Shown here: positions 18,567 through 28,444 of the stretch, one piece after another | Numbering within the stretch: position 1 is the stretch's first letter | How the letters are laid out: every line of letters begins with the position of its first letter | Assembly: GCA_951812335.1 (NCBI GenBank) | Contig: OX638293.1 | Location: 2,120,731-2,184,730 of the forward strand | Direction: 5' to 3' | Length of the DNA stretch: 64,000 nucleotides | Source of the DNA: Rhodothermales bacterium | GTDB taxonomy: Bacteria > Bacteroidota > Rhodothermia > Rhodothermales > VXPQ01 | Notes under the pieces: generated by a model | The model's database searches: none | The model's input: the letters and a program-made list of their open reading frames with translations, nothing else | What the model was told of the DNA's origin: nothing | Position numbers and translations under genes: made by a program

Positions 18567-20036
18567 TCAGTGTATTCTCGGGAGATCGCCTTCACCTTTT
18601 GCGGGTAGCTCTGTCGCTTCCTCGCGCAGAAACACATCCACGCCGCGAGCCGCTTCCCGCCCTTCCGCGATGGCCCATACTACCAGCGACTGTCCCCTAC
18701 GCATATCTCCCGCCGCAAACACGCCGGGGCGCGACGACATGTAGTTTGCGTCCGTCCGGACATTGCCCCGTTCGTCCAACTCGATACCCAGTTGGGCAAT
18801 AACGCCATCCGGCTCCGGCCCTGCATAGCCAACCGCAAGAAGCACGAGATCGGCCGGCCACAGGTGCTCGGAATTCGGCTGCTCTACGAATCGCATGCGC
18901 CCGGAAGCGTCCTGTTTCGGTAACACGCTAACCGTACGCAGTTCCTGAACGAACCCGTCGTCGCCGCTGAATTCCTTTGTCAGTACACTCCAGTGACGAT
19001 CCACCCCCTCTTCGTGAGATGTACTCGTCTGGAAAACCATGGGCATGAAAGGCCAGGGTTGATGGGGCGGCCGATCCTCAGGCGGCGTCGGAAGCAATTC
19101 GAACTGTGTGACGGATTTTGCGCCCTGCCTGTTGGCGGTACCCACACAATCGCTTCCCGTATCGCCGCCGCCTATCACAATAATATCCTTGCCGGCAGCA
19201 GTGATCGGCTCAACATGATCCATGACGTCGCCCGCATTGATCTTGTTCTGCCTCCAAAGATAATCCCATGCGAAATGGATACCGGCCAACTCCCGGCCCG
19301 GAACCGGCATGTCGCGCGGCTTCGTAGCTCCTCCGGTAAGTACCACGGCGCAAAAGTCGTCGAGAGCCGTCACAGGGTAATTTTTGCCCACTTCGGCACT
19401 CGTCACGAACTCGACCCCTTCCTCGCACATCACATCGATCCGGCGATCCACAATCCATTTCTCAAGCTTGAAATCCGGGATACCGTAGCGAAGCAGCCCG
19501 CCGATGCGGTCATCCCTTTCAAATACGGTAACCGAATGACCCGCCTTGTTGAGCTGATCCGCGGCAGCAAGCCCGGCGGGACCCGATCCTACCACAGCCA
19601 CTTTCCTCCCCGTTCTTACTGCCGGTGGATGCGGCGCATACCAGTTCTCCTTCCAGGCCCTGTCGGAAATGCTTTTTTCAATCTGCTCGATCGTTACCGG
19701 CGGCTCGTTGATGCCGAGCACACAGGCCGATTCACACGGAGCGGGGCATATTCTTCCCGTAAACTCCGGGAAATTGTTCGTCGCGCGCAGCCTACCGAAC
19801 GCCGCTTCCCATTCGCCCTGGTACACCAGATCGTTCCAGTCCGGAATGATGTTGCCGAGCGGACACCCGGCCTGACAGAAAGGCACCCCGCAATCCATGC
19901 AACGCGCAGCCTGCCGCTTCACCTTCCGGACAGGAAGCTCCAGATACACATCGCGATAGTCGCGCTTGCGTTCCTCCACCGGGCGCCGGGGAGCCAGCTC
20001 CCGGGGATATTCCATAAATCCCGTTATTTTACCCAT
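18567..20036 (-). CDS. gltD: glutamate synthase (NADPH) small subunit
   Basis: ORF 18567..20177. The start at MGKITGFMEY (20036) gives 489 aa. It has the Fe-S cluster region CMDCGVPFCQ..GCPLGN and FAD/NAD fold VAVVGSGPAGLAAA. Confidence 0.9.
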   Translation of the reverse strand: MGKITGFMEYPRELAPRRPVEERKRDYRDVYLELPVRKVKRQAARCMDCGVPFCQAGCPLGNIIPDWNDLVYQGEWEAAFGRLRATNNFPEFTGRICPAPCESACVLGINEPPVTIEQIEKSISDRAWKENWYAPHPPAVRTGRKVAVVGSGPAGLAAADQLNKAGHSVTVFERDDRIGGLLRYGIPDFKLEKWIVDRRIDVMCEEGVEFVTSAEVGKNYPVTALDDFCAVVLTGGATKPRDMPVPGRELAGIHFAWDYLWRQNKINAGDVMDHVEPITAAGKDIIVIGGGDTGSDCVGTANRQGAKSVTQFELLPTPPEDRPPHQPWPFMPMVFQTSTSHEEGVDRHWSVLTKEFSGDDGFVQELRTVSVLPKQDASGRMRFVEQPNSEHLWPADLVLLAVGYAGPEPDGVIAQLGIELDERGNVRTDANYMSSRPGVFAAGDMRRGQSLVVWAIAEGREAARGVDVFLREEATELPAKGEGDLPRIH

Positions 20037-20291
20037 GGATGCTCTGATTAAATTCGCAAAGCTCAGAGGCTGAGAGAGGTGCGCTGGCAAGGAATGACGA
20101 AGCAATGTGGCAGGCCCCACATAATGAGGAATGACACGGCCAGCGTGCCCCTCTCTGCCTCCCGAAGGGCGCTTCACGTCCGCGACGCCCCGAATTCGCA
20201 GTGTTTCCCGCTGATTTCAACGATGGAATCATGATGTCCTGTACACGCGAAAGTGAAAGTGCTGAGCAAAGTGGTTTTGATCAGAGTATCC
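20037..20291 (+). mobile_element. MITE-like insertion: 190-nt conserved core (20037-20226, copy A) bounded by 12-nt inverted repeats
   Basis: The left end ggatgctctgat (20037-20048) matches the reverse complement of the right end atcagagtatcc (20280-20291) at 11 of 12 positions. The flanks are acccat (20031-20036) and acctat (20292-20297), a possible 6-bp target duplication. It occupies the whole gltB-gltD spacer and has no conserved ORF. Confidence 0.55.
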
Positions 20292-20323
20292 ACCTATACT
20301 TCCGATCCCTTGCAAACCCCCGT

Positions 20324-23300
20324 CTATACGACGGCATGTTCCGGCATAATCGCTTGCCCCGCTTCTTCCTCCAGCCTGAGGAGAGCATTCCGATATTCGA
20401 CCGGCATGATCTTGATGAATTCTTCCAGCGAGGCCTCCCAGTTTTCAAGAACCCATTCCGCCACGGAGCTGTCCGTAAAGCGATAGTGTTTTTCCACCAT
20501 CGCATGCAGTTCCTCCATGTCGGCAGGATCTTCCACCCTTTCGATATCCACCATTTTGCCGTTGCAACGCAACGTCCTGAACTCCAGGGTGCCGTCGAGC
20601 ACGTACGCCACGCCTCCGCTCATGCCCGCTGCAAAATTGCGCCCGGTGGGGCCAAGCACCACCATGCGACCGCCGGTCATATACTCGCATCCGTGATCGC
20701 CGAGGCCTTCGACTACGGCATGCACGCCGCTGTTGCGAACGCCGAAACGTTCGCCGGCCCGTCCGCGCACGAACACTTCCCCGCTCGTGGCGCCATACAG
20801 CGCCACATTGCCAATAATGATGTTGCTATGCGCATCGTACCCGGCATTTTCCGGCGGCTGGACGATCAGGCGAGAGCCGGAAAGCCCCTTGCCGAAATAA
20901 TCGTTCGCATCGCCCCTCAGGCGGACGGTAATGCCTGCGGCCCCAAAGGCGAAGAAGCTCTGCCCGCCGGAGCCGGTCATGTTGATACGGATCGTATCCT
21001 CAGGAAGTCGCCCGCCCGGATACCGCTTGCTCACCTCGGCGGAGAGCAACGTTCCGACCGTCCGGTTGACATTCCGAATAGCGATGTCGAATTCAACAGG
21101 GGTCTTCGTTTCGAGCGCCGGACGAGCCCTTTCGATCAGGCGATGATCCAGCGCCTTGTCGATGCCGTGATCCTGCTCCGTTGTACGGAATTTGCGCAGC
21201 GCTTCGGGAATCTCTGGCTTCACGAGAATCGGGGAAAGGTCCAGATACCTGGCCTTCCAATGATCGATACCGGGGCGAACTCTCAACCGCTGAACCTGTC
21301 CGGTCATTTCCTCCACCGTGCGGAATCCAAGACGGGCCATGATCTGGCGCAATTCTTCCGCGACAAAGTGGAAATAATTGATCACATCTTCCGGCTGCCC
21401 TTCGAATTTCTTCCGAAGCTCCGGATCCTGAGTGGCAATACCGACGGGACATGTGTTCAGGTGGCATTTACGCATCATGATGCAGCCTATCGCCACCAGC
21501 GGCGCCGTCGAGAAGCCGAATTCGTCCGCGCCCAGCAGACATGCGACCGCCACATCGAGCCCGGTCTTGAGTTGCCCGTCGCATTCCACTCGAATGCGGC
21601 TCCGGAGCCCATTCCGGACAAGCACCTGATGCGTTTCCGACAAGCCAAGCTCCCAAGGCAGCCCTGCGTGCATGATGGAGGTTTGCGGAGAAGCGCCGGT
21701 CCCTCCGTCGTGGCCCGAAATCAACACAAGGTCGGCCTTGCCTTTCGCCACACCGGCAGCGACCGTACCTACGCCCACCTCGGAGACAAGCTTGACCGTA
21801 ACCCGTGCATCCGGGTTCGAATTCTTGAGATCGTGGATCAACTGCGCCAGATCCTCGATCGAATAAATGTCGTGGTGCGGAGGCGGGGAAATGAGGCCTA
21901 CATACGGAGTCGAATGGCGCGTCTTCGCAATCCACGGGTATACCTTTTCTCCCGGCAATTGTCCGCCTTCCCCCGGCTTGGCCCCCTGGGCCATCTTGAT
22001 CTGAATCTCGTCGGCGCTCGTCAGGTAGTCGATGGTCACGCCAAAACGCCCCGACGCCACCTGCTTGATCGCACTCCGCTTTTCACTGCGGCGATCATAC
22101 CGCTCCGGGTCCTCGCCCCCTTCGCCCGTGTTGCTTTTGCCCCCGAGGCGATTCATGGCGATGGCGAGCGTCTCGTGGGTTTCCTTCGAAATGGACCCGT
22201 ACGACATGGCGCCCGTCTTGAACCGCTTGACGATCTCCGTCCACGGCTCCACCTCATCAAGCGGTACGGGTGTTGACCCCTCTTCGTCGAGCACGAGCAA
22301 ACCGCGCAAGGTGCCGAGCTGCCTGGTTTGATCGTTGATCTGCCGGGAATACTCCTCGTAGGTGGAAGCTTCTCCGGAACGCACTGCTTGCTGCAGGCGC
22401 GCGATCGTCATGGGGTTGAATAAATGGTGTTCCCCGTTGCGCCGCCAGAGATAACGCCCGCCCGGATCCAAGCCCTTAGAAAAAACAAGGTGGACATCCG
22501 GCCAGGCCTGACGATGACGCATCATCGTCTCCTCGGCAACCGTATCGAGGTCGATACCGCCTATTCGACTCGCCGTACCCGTGAAATACCGGTCGATGAG
22601 ATCCTGCGCCAGACCGACCGCCTCGAAAATTTGCGCGCCTCGGTAACTCTGCACCGTGGAAATGCCCATTTTCGACATCACCTTCAGAATCCCCTTCCCG
22701 ACCGACTCCATGTAGCCGACCCTTGCCTCGGTGTTGGAAATCTTTTCTCCTTCCAGCAAGCGTTCGATCACCTGCAAAGCCAGCCACGGATTTACGGCAT
22801 CGGCGCCGTATCCGATAAGTGTGCAGAAATGATGCACCTCCCGAGGTTCCCCGCTTTCAACCACGATGGAAGCGCGGGTGCGAAGACCCTTGCTAATCAG
22901 GCGATGATGTACAGCGCCCGTAGCAAGCAATGCCGGCATAGGCGCCAGGTCCGGGCCGGCCGCCCGATCCGACAATACCAGTACAGACCAACCTTCGCGC
23001 ACCAGTCGCTCCGCCTCTTTGCACAGATGGTCGAGCGCCTTGCGAAGCCCCTCTCCGCCGCTACCGGCATCGAATACAATGTCGATCTTCTTCGTCTTCA
23101 ATTCCTCGATTCCCGAATTCGGGAGACGCGCAAGGTCCCGATCCGACAAAATCGGCTGCTTCAGAATCAGTTTGCGGCAATGCTGCGGCGTCTCTTTGAA
23201 AAGATCGCGCTCGGACCCCAGTTGCGTGAACAGGGATGTCACCATCTCTTCGCGGATAGCGTCGAGCGGAGGATTCGTTACCTGGGCAAACAGCTGACGA

Positions 23301-24856
23301 AAATAGTCGTACAGGAGACGCGACTTATCCGACAGTACGGCGAGGGGCGTATCGTCTCCCATCGAACCGAGTGCCTCCTTGCCATGCAACCCCATGGGCC
23401 TCATGAGTAGACGCTCGTCTTCGAGCGTGTAGCCGAACATTTTCTCCCGGACATGGAGCTCTTCGGGAGAATACCGTGCCGGTCTCCCGTAATCCGGCAA
23501 ATCCTGGAGGCGTACGGCGTGATCCCGGAGCCACTCTATATAGGGGCGGCGGGTAGCCAGCGTTTGCTTGATTTCCTCGTCTTCAATGACCCGGTGCTCT
23601 TCCAGATCGACCAGAAACATCTTGCCGGGCTGCAATCGCCCCTTCGACACCACGTCGGCCGGATCCGTATCGAGAACCCCCGTCTCGGAGGCAAGAATGA
23701 CCAGGCCGTCTTTCGTGACCGTAAACCTGGAGGGGCGCAAACCGTTGCGATCGAGAATAGCGCCAATGTACCGACCGTCCGTAAAGGGCAACACGGCCGG
23801 GCCGTCCCACGGCTCTATCAAACAGGAATGGTACTCGTAAAAGGCGCGCTTGTCCTCGCTCATCTCCCGGGTATACTCCCAGGCTTCCGGCACCAGCATC
23901 ATCATGGCGTGCGGAAGCGAACGACCCGTGAAGTACAACAATTCGAGCGCATTATCGAGAATTGCCGAATCGCTGGCGCCCTCGGTCAGTATGGGCAAGA
24001 GCTTCTTCATGTCATCACCGAAGAGCTCCGACTCGAACAGCGACTGCCGGGCATTCATCCAGTTGAAATTGCCCCGGAGCGTGTTGATCTCGCCGTTGTG
24101 ACACAAAAAGCGGAAAGGCTGCGCCAGCGGCCATTTCGGGAGCGTATTCGTCGAAAATCGCGCATGCACCATCGCAAGCGCGCTCTTCATGCGAGGATCG
24201 ATCAGGTCGGTATAAAATCGGGGCAAGTCCTCGGACAACAACATCCCCTTATACACGATCGTGCGCGAGGATAGCGAGGGAATATAAAATTCGCTCGTCC
24301 GCGGTATATCCGCCCCTGCTACGGTATGTTCGACGACTTTGCGGATGACATACAGTTTGCGCTCGAACGCATCCTGATCCACTGTTTGCTTCCCACACCC
24401 TACAAGCACCTGCCAGAGTTCGGGCTGCATTTCTGCGGCGGCTTCCCCCACCGAATCCGGACAAATCGGTACGTGGCGCCATCCGAGAAATTCTTGCCCT
24501 TCCGCCCGAACGGTTTTCTCGACGATATTCCTGCAAAATGTCTGCGTACCGGCGTCCCGGGGTAAAAAAACCATGCCGGCCGCATACTTTCCCGGGGCAC
24601 GTACGCCGGCGCCGAGTTCTTTCAGCACGGGCGCTAAAAACTCGTGCGGCATCTGAAGAAGAATACCCGTTCCGTCGCTTGTCCGGTCATCGCATCCGCA
24701 TGCCCCGCGATGCACCAGATTGTTCAGCATTTCCAGCCCCTTCTGCACAATATCGTGGACGGGCTCGTTCTGCACATTGCAAACGAAACCGACGCCGCAT
24801 GCGTCGTGCTCGTAAAACGAATCGTAAAGGCCTTCGCGGATACGTGGTAACTGCAT
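20324..24856 (-). CDS. gltB: glutamate synthase large subunit
   Basis: 1510 aa with Ntn-amidotransferase start ..[14 protein letters not shown]/3Fe-4S central domains, and a C-terminal GXGXG beta-helix region. Confidence 0.95.
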   Translation of the reverse strand: MQLPRIREGLYDSFYEHDACGVGFVCNVQNEPVHDIVQKGLEMLNNLVHRGACGCDDRTSDGTGILLQMPHEFLAPVLKELGAGVRAPGKYAAGMVFLPRDAGTQTFCRNIVEKTVRAEGQEFLGWRHVPICPDSVGEAAAEMQPELWQVLVGCGKQTVDQDAFERKLYVIRKVVEHTVAGADIPRTSEFYIPSLSSRTIVYKGMLLSEDLPRFYTDLIDPRMKSALAMVHARFSTNTLPKWPLAQPFRFLCHNGEINTLRGNFNWMNARQSLFESELFGDDMKKLLPILTEGASDSAILDNALELLYFTGRSLPHAMMMLVPEAWEYTREMSEDKRAFYEYHSCLIEPWDGPAVLPFTDGRYIGAILDRNGLRPSRFTVTKDGLVILASETGVLDTDPADVVSKGRLQPGKMFLVDLEEHRVIEDEEIKQTLATRRPYIEWLRDHAVRLQDLPDYGRPARYSPEELHVREKMFGYTLEDERLLMRPMGLHGKEALGSMGDDTPLAVLSDKSRLLYDYFRQLFAQVTNPPLDAIREEMVTSLFTQLGSERDLFKETPQHCRKLILKQPILSDRDLARLPNSGIEELKTKKIDIVFDAGSGGEGLRKALDHLCKEAERLVREGWSVLVLSDRAAGPDLAPMPALLATGAVHHRLISKGLRTRASIVVESGEPREVHHFCTLIGYGADAVNPWLALQVIERLLEGEKISNTEARVGYMESVGKGILKVMSKMGISTVQSYRGAQIFEAVGLAQDLIDRYFTGTASRIGGIDLDTVAEETMMRHRQAWPDVHLVFSKGLDPGGRYLWRRNGEHHLFNPMTIARLQQAVRSGEASTYEEYSRQINDQTRQLGTLRGLLVLDEEGSTPVPLDEVEPWTEIVKRFKTGAMSYGSISKETHETLAIAMNRLGGKSNTGEGGEDPERYDRRSEKRSAIKQVASGRFGVTIDYLTSADEIQIKMAQGAKPGEGGQLPGEKVYPWIAKTRHSTPYVGLISPPPHHDIYSIEDLAQLIHDLKNSNPDARVTVKLVSEVGVGTVAAGVAKGKADLVLISGHDGGTGASPQTSIMHAGLPWELGLSETHQVLVRNGLRSRIRVECDGQLKTGLDVAVACLLGADEFGFSTAPLVAIGCIMMRKCHLNTCPVGIATQDPELRKKFEGQPEDVINYFHFVAEELRQIMARLGFRTVEEMTGQVQRLRVRPGIDHWKARYLDLSPILVKPEIPEALRKFRTTEQDHGIDKALDHRLIERARPALETKTPVEFDIAIRNVNRTVGTLLSAEVSKRYPGGRLPEDTIRINMTGSGGQSFFAFGAAGITVRLRGDANDYFGKGLSGSRLIVQPPENAGYDAHSNIIIGNVALYGATSGEVFVRGRAGERFGVRNSGVHAVVEGLGDHGCEYMTGGRMVVLGPTGRNFAAGMSGGVAYVLDGTLEFRTLRCNGKMVDIERVEDPADMEELHAMVEKHYRFTDSSVAEWVLENWEASLEEFIKIMPVEYRNALLRLEEEAGQAIMPEHAVV

Positions 24857-24880
24857 AATGCTTCGGTACTTCGCCCTTCT

Positions 24881-26518
24881 TCAATCCTGCTGAACGAGGG
24901 CTTCCTTCATGGAGTGGATCGGCTTGGCGCCTTTTCGCATCAACGCATATCGGATGCCGTCTGCGATAGCCTGCCAACTTGCTTCCAGGATGTTGGTGGA
25001 AACGCCCACCGTATTCCATGTCTCGTTCCTGTTCTTATGCTCAACAAGCACGCGGACATACGCCGCCGTGCCGTCTTCGGGGCTCACCACGCGCACCTTG
25101 TAATCGGCGAGATGCATCTCTTCAAGACCCGGATAAAAGGCGATCAATACGCCGCGCAACGCGTTCGACAAGGCATCTACCGGGCCCACGCCTTCGGCCA
25201 CGAGCAATTCCCTTCGGCCATCGACGCGAAGCGCTACCGTCGCCTGGGTGGCATCCGCACCCGCATCGCTGAGCTCACTCTGAACCCGGAGTCGCTCCAG
25301 GGAAAAGAACTCTGCTTCCTCGCCTTGAATCTGCCGGAGCAGCAATTCGAACGAAGCTTCGGCGCCCTCGAATTCGTACCCGAGATGCTCAAGATCCTTG
25401 ATGCGCTTTACGGCGCGCGCCGCCTCGTCCGCTTCACCCAGATCAAGCCCCAACTCCTGTGCCTTGTAGCGAACGTTGCTGCGCCCGGATAAATCGGACA
25501 CGAGCACCCGACGCTTGTTGCCGACCTGTTCGGGCATGAGATGCTCGTACGCGGCCGGCTCCTTCATTACCGCCGACACATGGATGCCGCCTTTGTGGGC
25601 GAATGCACTCCGACCCACATACGCCGACCGCCCTACCGGATCGAGGTTCGCCACCTCGTATACGAAATGCGAGAGATCCGTGAGTTCACGCATTCTATCC
25701 GGTGCAACGCACGAGTATCCGAGTTTGAGCTGGAGTCCCGGGACAATCGCGGTCAGATCCGCGTTGCCACAGCGTTCTCCGATACCATTGATGGTCCCCT
25801 GCACATGCCGGGCGCCGGCCTGCACCGCCATGATCGAATTGGCCGCAGCACATCCGGAGTCATTGTGCGCATGAATGCCGAGCTTCGCTTCGAATCGGCC
25901 CGCTACATCCCCCACGATCCGGCCCAGCGTGCCTGGCAGCGTACCTCCGTTCGTATCGCACAGAACCAACGCGTCCGCACCCGCCGAAGCAGCGGCCTCC
26001 AGTGTTTCCAGCGCATAGACCCGGTCGTTCAGGTGCCCGTCGAAAAAATGCTCTGCATCGTATACCACATGCTTGCCGTGCTCCTTCAGGTACTCTACGG
26101 ACGAGCGGATCAGCTCAAGGTTTTCCTCCCCGGTTACACCCAGAGCCACTTCCACATGGAGCGTCCAGCTTTTGCCGAAGAGGGAAACCACCGGAGTATC
26201 CGCTGCCAGCATGGCCTGCAGGTTAGGATCGTCCTCCGGAGCATACTGTACGCGGCGCGTGGAGCCAAAAGCACAGATGCGCGCCTGCGCCCAATCCACA
26301 TCCCGCGCCAATTCAAAAAATTCCTGGTCTTTCGGATTTGAGCCGGGCCACCCCCCCTCGATAATACCAATGCCGAAACGGTCAAGACGTTTTGCGATCC
26401 GCAACTTGTCGCGGGCTGTCAGCGAAACGTGCTCGCCTTGCGTACCGTCGCGAAGCGTCGTGTCGAAGAGCTCCACAAGGACCGGTTCGTCGGCATGTTC
26501 TGACATGAAGGTATCCAT
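24881..26518 (-). CDS. cimA: (R)-citramalate synthase (LeuA-related, TIGR00977-type)
   Basis: ORF 24881..26635. The start must lie after the leuD stop (26592), so MDTFMSEH at 26518 is likely. LFDTTLRDGTQGEHVSL, GGWPGSNPKDQEFF, AFGSTRR and YDAEHFFDGH match Geobacter-type CimA as I recall it. Confidence 0.75.
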   Translation of the reverse strand: MDTFMSEHADEPVLVELFDTTLRDGTQGEHVSLTARDKLRIAKRLDRFGIGIIEGGWPGSNPKDQEFFELARDVDWAQARICAFGSTRRVQYAPEDDPNLQAMLAADTPVVSLFGKSWTLHVEVALGVTGEENLELIRSSVEYLKEHGKHVVYDAEHFFDGHLNDRVYALETLEAAASAGADALVLCDTNGGTLPGTLGRIVGDVAGRFEAKLGIHAHNDSGCAAANSIMAVQAGARHVQGTINGIGERCGNADLTAIVPGLQLKLGYSCVAPDRMRELTDLSHFVYEVANLDPVGRSAYVGRSAFAHKGGIHVSAVMKEPAAYEHLMPEQVGNKRRVLVSDLSGRSNVRYKAQELGLDLGEADEAARAVKRIKDLEHLGYEFEGAEASFELLLRQIQGEEAEFFSLERLRVQSELSDAGADATQATVALRVDGRRELLVAEGVGPVDALSNALRGVLIAFYPGLEEMHLADYKVRVVSPEDGTAAYVRVLVEHKNRNETWNTVGVSTNILEASWQAIADGIRYALMRKGAKPIHSMKEALVQQD

Positions 26519-26591
26519 TTTGACTGCTGATTGCCCGTTTCGGCATCGCTCGTAGCGACAGCTCATAGCGGGCCACACCCTGTTCGATGCG

Positions 26592-27155
26592 TCAGGTCGG
26601 CATAAATCCAGCTTGTCTTGCGAATTCGAAAACATTGCCCGCTTTCAGTATCTCGGCCACGTCCCCAAGGGGTTTGAGGAGAAATTCCTCTCCTGTCGTG
26701 CGGTTGGCGAGCTTGCCGAGCGTCGTGTCGATTTCGAGGAAATCGCCCGTACGCACACGTTCGACCAACCGCTCGATCGACTCGAATGGAACGATAAACC
26801 CTCCGTCCACCGCATTGCGATAAAAGATGCGGGCGTAACTCTCAGCCACAACGGCAGTGCATCCGGCTTCCTGCAACGCAAACGGAGCATGCTCCCGCGA
26901 AGACCCGCACCCGAAGTTCGAACCGCCCACCACGATCGCATAGGCGCTTCGAAATGTATCGTCCCTGGTAAAAGGCCGGGTCCCGTAAGGAAGTCCTTGC
27001 TGACCTTGCGGCACGCCACTGAGCGCATAGCGCCCGTAATACTTGCGCTCTTCCGGGTCGGACAGACTGTATACAAGGTGCTCCGCCGGGATGATTTGAT
27101 CCGTATCGATAGCGTCCCCTACTACGTAGGCCGCACCCCTGATCGTCTTGTTCAT
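26592..27155 (-). CDS. leuD: 3-isopropylmalate dehydratase small subunit (type 2)
   Basis: The internal start MNKTIRGAAYVVGDAIDTDQIIP at 27155 forms an ATGA overlap with the leuC stop. The motif GSNFGCGSSREHA is present. Confidence 0.85.
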   Translation of the reverse strand: MNKTIRGAAYVVGDAIDTDQIIPAEHLVYSLSDPEERKYYGRYALSGVPQGQQGLPYGTRPFTRDDTFRSAYAIVVGGSNFGCGSSREHAPFALQEAGCTAVVAESYARIFYRNAVDGGFIVPFESIERLVERVRTGDFLEIDTTLGKLANRTTGEEFLLKPLGDVAEILKAGNVFEFARQAGFMPT

Positions 27156-28444
27156 ACCAGCACCTCGCGAGGATCCGTAATGACTCCGGAAAGCGCCGAG
27201 GCCGCCACCGTGTAGGGAGACGCCAGATACACCGAAGCGTTCTTGCTGCCCATGCGCCCGGGAAAATTTCGGTTCGTGGTGGAGATTACGACTTCCGTGC
27301 CGTGTGTCCTCCCGAACGTGTCCGACGGTCCGCCAAGGCACGCTGCGCAGGAAGCCTGACCGAGTTTGCAACCGGATCGTTCGAATATCTCGTACAACGT
27401 GTCGCCTTCGACCCTCGTCGTGTGTAACTGCTTGCCGATCCAGGTCGTCGCCGGCACGATGTAGGTGTCGACGACCACCTCTTGCCCCCGAAGGATGCCC
27501 GCCGCCGCCACGAAATCCTCCAGCTTACCGCCGGTGCAACTACCGACGTACGCACGATCCAGGCGCGTCCCGGCAACTTCCGATACCGTCGCCCGGTTGT
27601 CCGGGCTGTGCGGCTTCGCCACAAGTGGTTCAATGTCCTCGACGCGGTAGGTCTTGAGCGTATGATACCGGGAATCCTGATCGCCGTAGACAGGCTCAAA
27701 CTCCCTATCGGTGCGCGCCCGTACATATTCGAAGGTTTTTTCGTCGGCAGGAATGATCCCGTTCTTCCCTCCCGCTTCGATCGCCATGTTCGTTAACGTC
27801 ATGCGCTCGTGGACCGGCAGGTCGTAGACGGCTTCTCCGTCGAATTCGAGCGCGCGGTATGTGCCCCCATCCGTTCCGATATCGCCGATGACCTGCAAGA
27901 TCAGATCCTTCGCCATCAGGTACGGCGGGAGAGACCCCTCGAACACGAATCGCATCGTTTCGGGAACCTTGAGCCAGAGCTTGCCGGTACCCATGATAAG
28001 CGCAGCGTCCGTGTTGCCCACCCCTGTCGAGAACATGCCGAATGCACCGGAAGTGCACGTGTGACTGTCCGTACCGATCAACAGAGAACCCGGCAGGTTG
28101 AATCCTTCCTCGGCCAACGCCATGTGGCACACGCCCTTGTAACTCGGCGTACCCGGATCATAGTAATACGGGAGATCGTGCTCGGCGACAAAGGCCCGAA
28201 GCAACTCCACATTGCGGTTTGCGTGGTGGTTCTTCGTAAAAATGTAGTGATCGGGAATGATCACCAGTTTCTCCTTGTCCCACGGCGCCGCATCGGCTCC
28301 GAATTCGCGGCGGAAGATATCGATGGTCGGGGGGCCGCACACATCGTGCGTCATGAGGATATCCACATCCACCCAGATGTTATCTCCGGGCGCCACCCGA
28401 TCCCGACCCGCGTGCCGCGCCAGTATTTTCTCCGTAATCGTCAT
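27152..28444 (-). CDS. leuC: 3-isopropylmalate dehydratase large subunit (type 2, aconitase family)
   Basis: 430 aa with MTITEKILARHAG, MTHDVCGP, GTDSHTCT and GSCTGG Fe-S ligand motifs. Confidence 0.9.
   Translation of the reverse strand: MTITEKILARHAGRDRVAPGDNIWVDVDILMTHDVCGPPTIDIFRREFGADAAPWDKEKLVIIPDHYIFTKNHHANRNVELLRAFVAEHDLPYYYDPGTPSYKGVCHMALAEEGFNLPGSLLIGTDSHTCTSGAFGMFSTGVGNTDAALIMGTGKLWLKVPETMRFVFEGSLPPYLMAKDLILQVIGDIGTDGGTYRALEFDGEAVYDLPVHERMTLTNMAIEAGGKNGIIPADEKTFEYVRARTDREFEPVYGDQDSRYHTLKTYRVEDIEPLVAKPHSPDNRATVSEVAGTRLDRAYVGSCTGGKLEDFVAAAGILRGQEVVVDTYIVPATTWIGKQLHTTRVEGDTLYEIFERSGCKLGQASCAACLGGPSDTFGRTHGTEVVISTTNRNFPGRMGSKNASVYLASPYTVAASALSGVITDPREVLV

Noticed and set aside
20062-20095. 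TPP riboswitch, because of GGCTGAGA followed by GGTGCGC
   Set aside because: The order of the boxes is wrong for a THI element. There is no ACCTGATCTGGATAATGCCAGCG-like arm, no thiamine gene nearby, and the same sequence recurs as a dispersed repeat.
18567-20177. Long N-terminal extensions of several ORFs (gltD to 20177, thrC to 17581, purD to 51542, cimA to 26635, leuD to 27371, murA from 38534, metzincin to 43457, DUF4835-like to 60832)
   Set aside because: The extensions overlap upstream genes or repeat elements, lack homology-like sequence, and are followed by Met codons that reproduce the conserved family N-termini. I used the shorter coordinates.
20029-20232. Small ORFs inside the 190-nt element copies (20029..20232, 63107..63334, 63199..63441)
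   Set aside because: The two copies share no reading frame or start/stop positions, and the peptides are Arg/Gly/Ser-rich. The pattern fits non-coding conservation.
20201-22276. 691-aa ORF on the + strand (and similar ones at 22424..23410 and 23453..24274)
   Set aside because: They are antisense to the unmistakable gltB gene. Their Arg/Pro/Gly/His-rich composition is typical of shadow ORFs in high-GC DNA, and no motifs were recognised.
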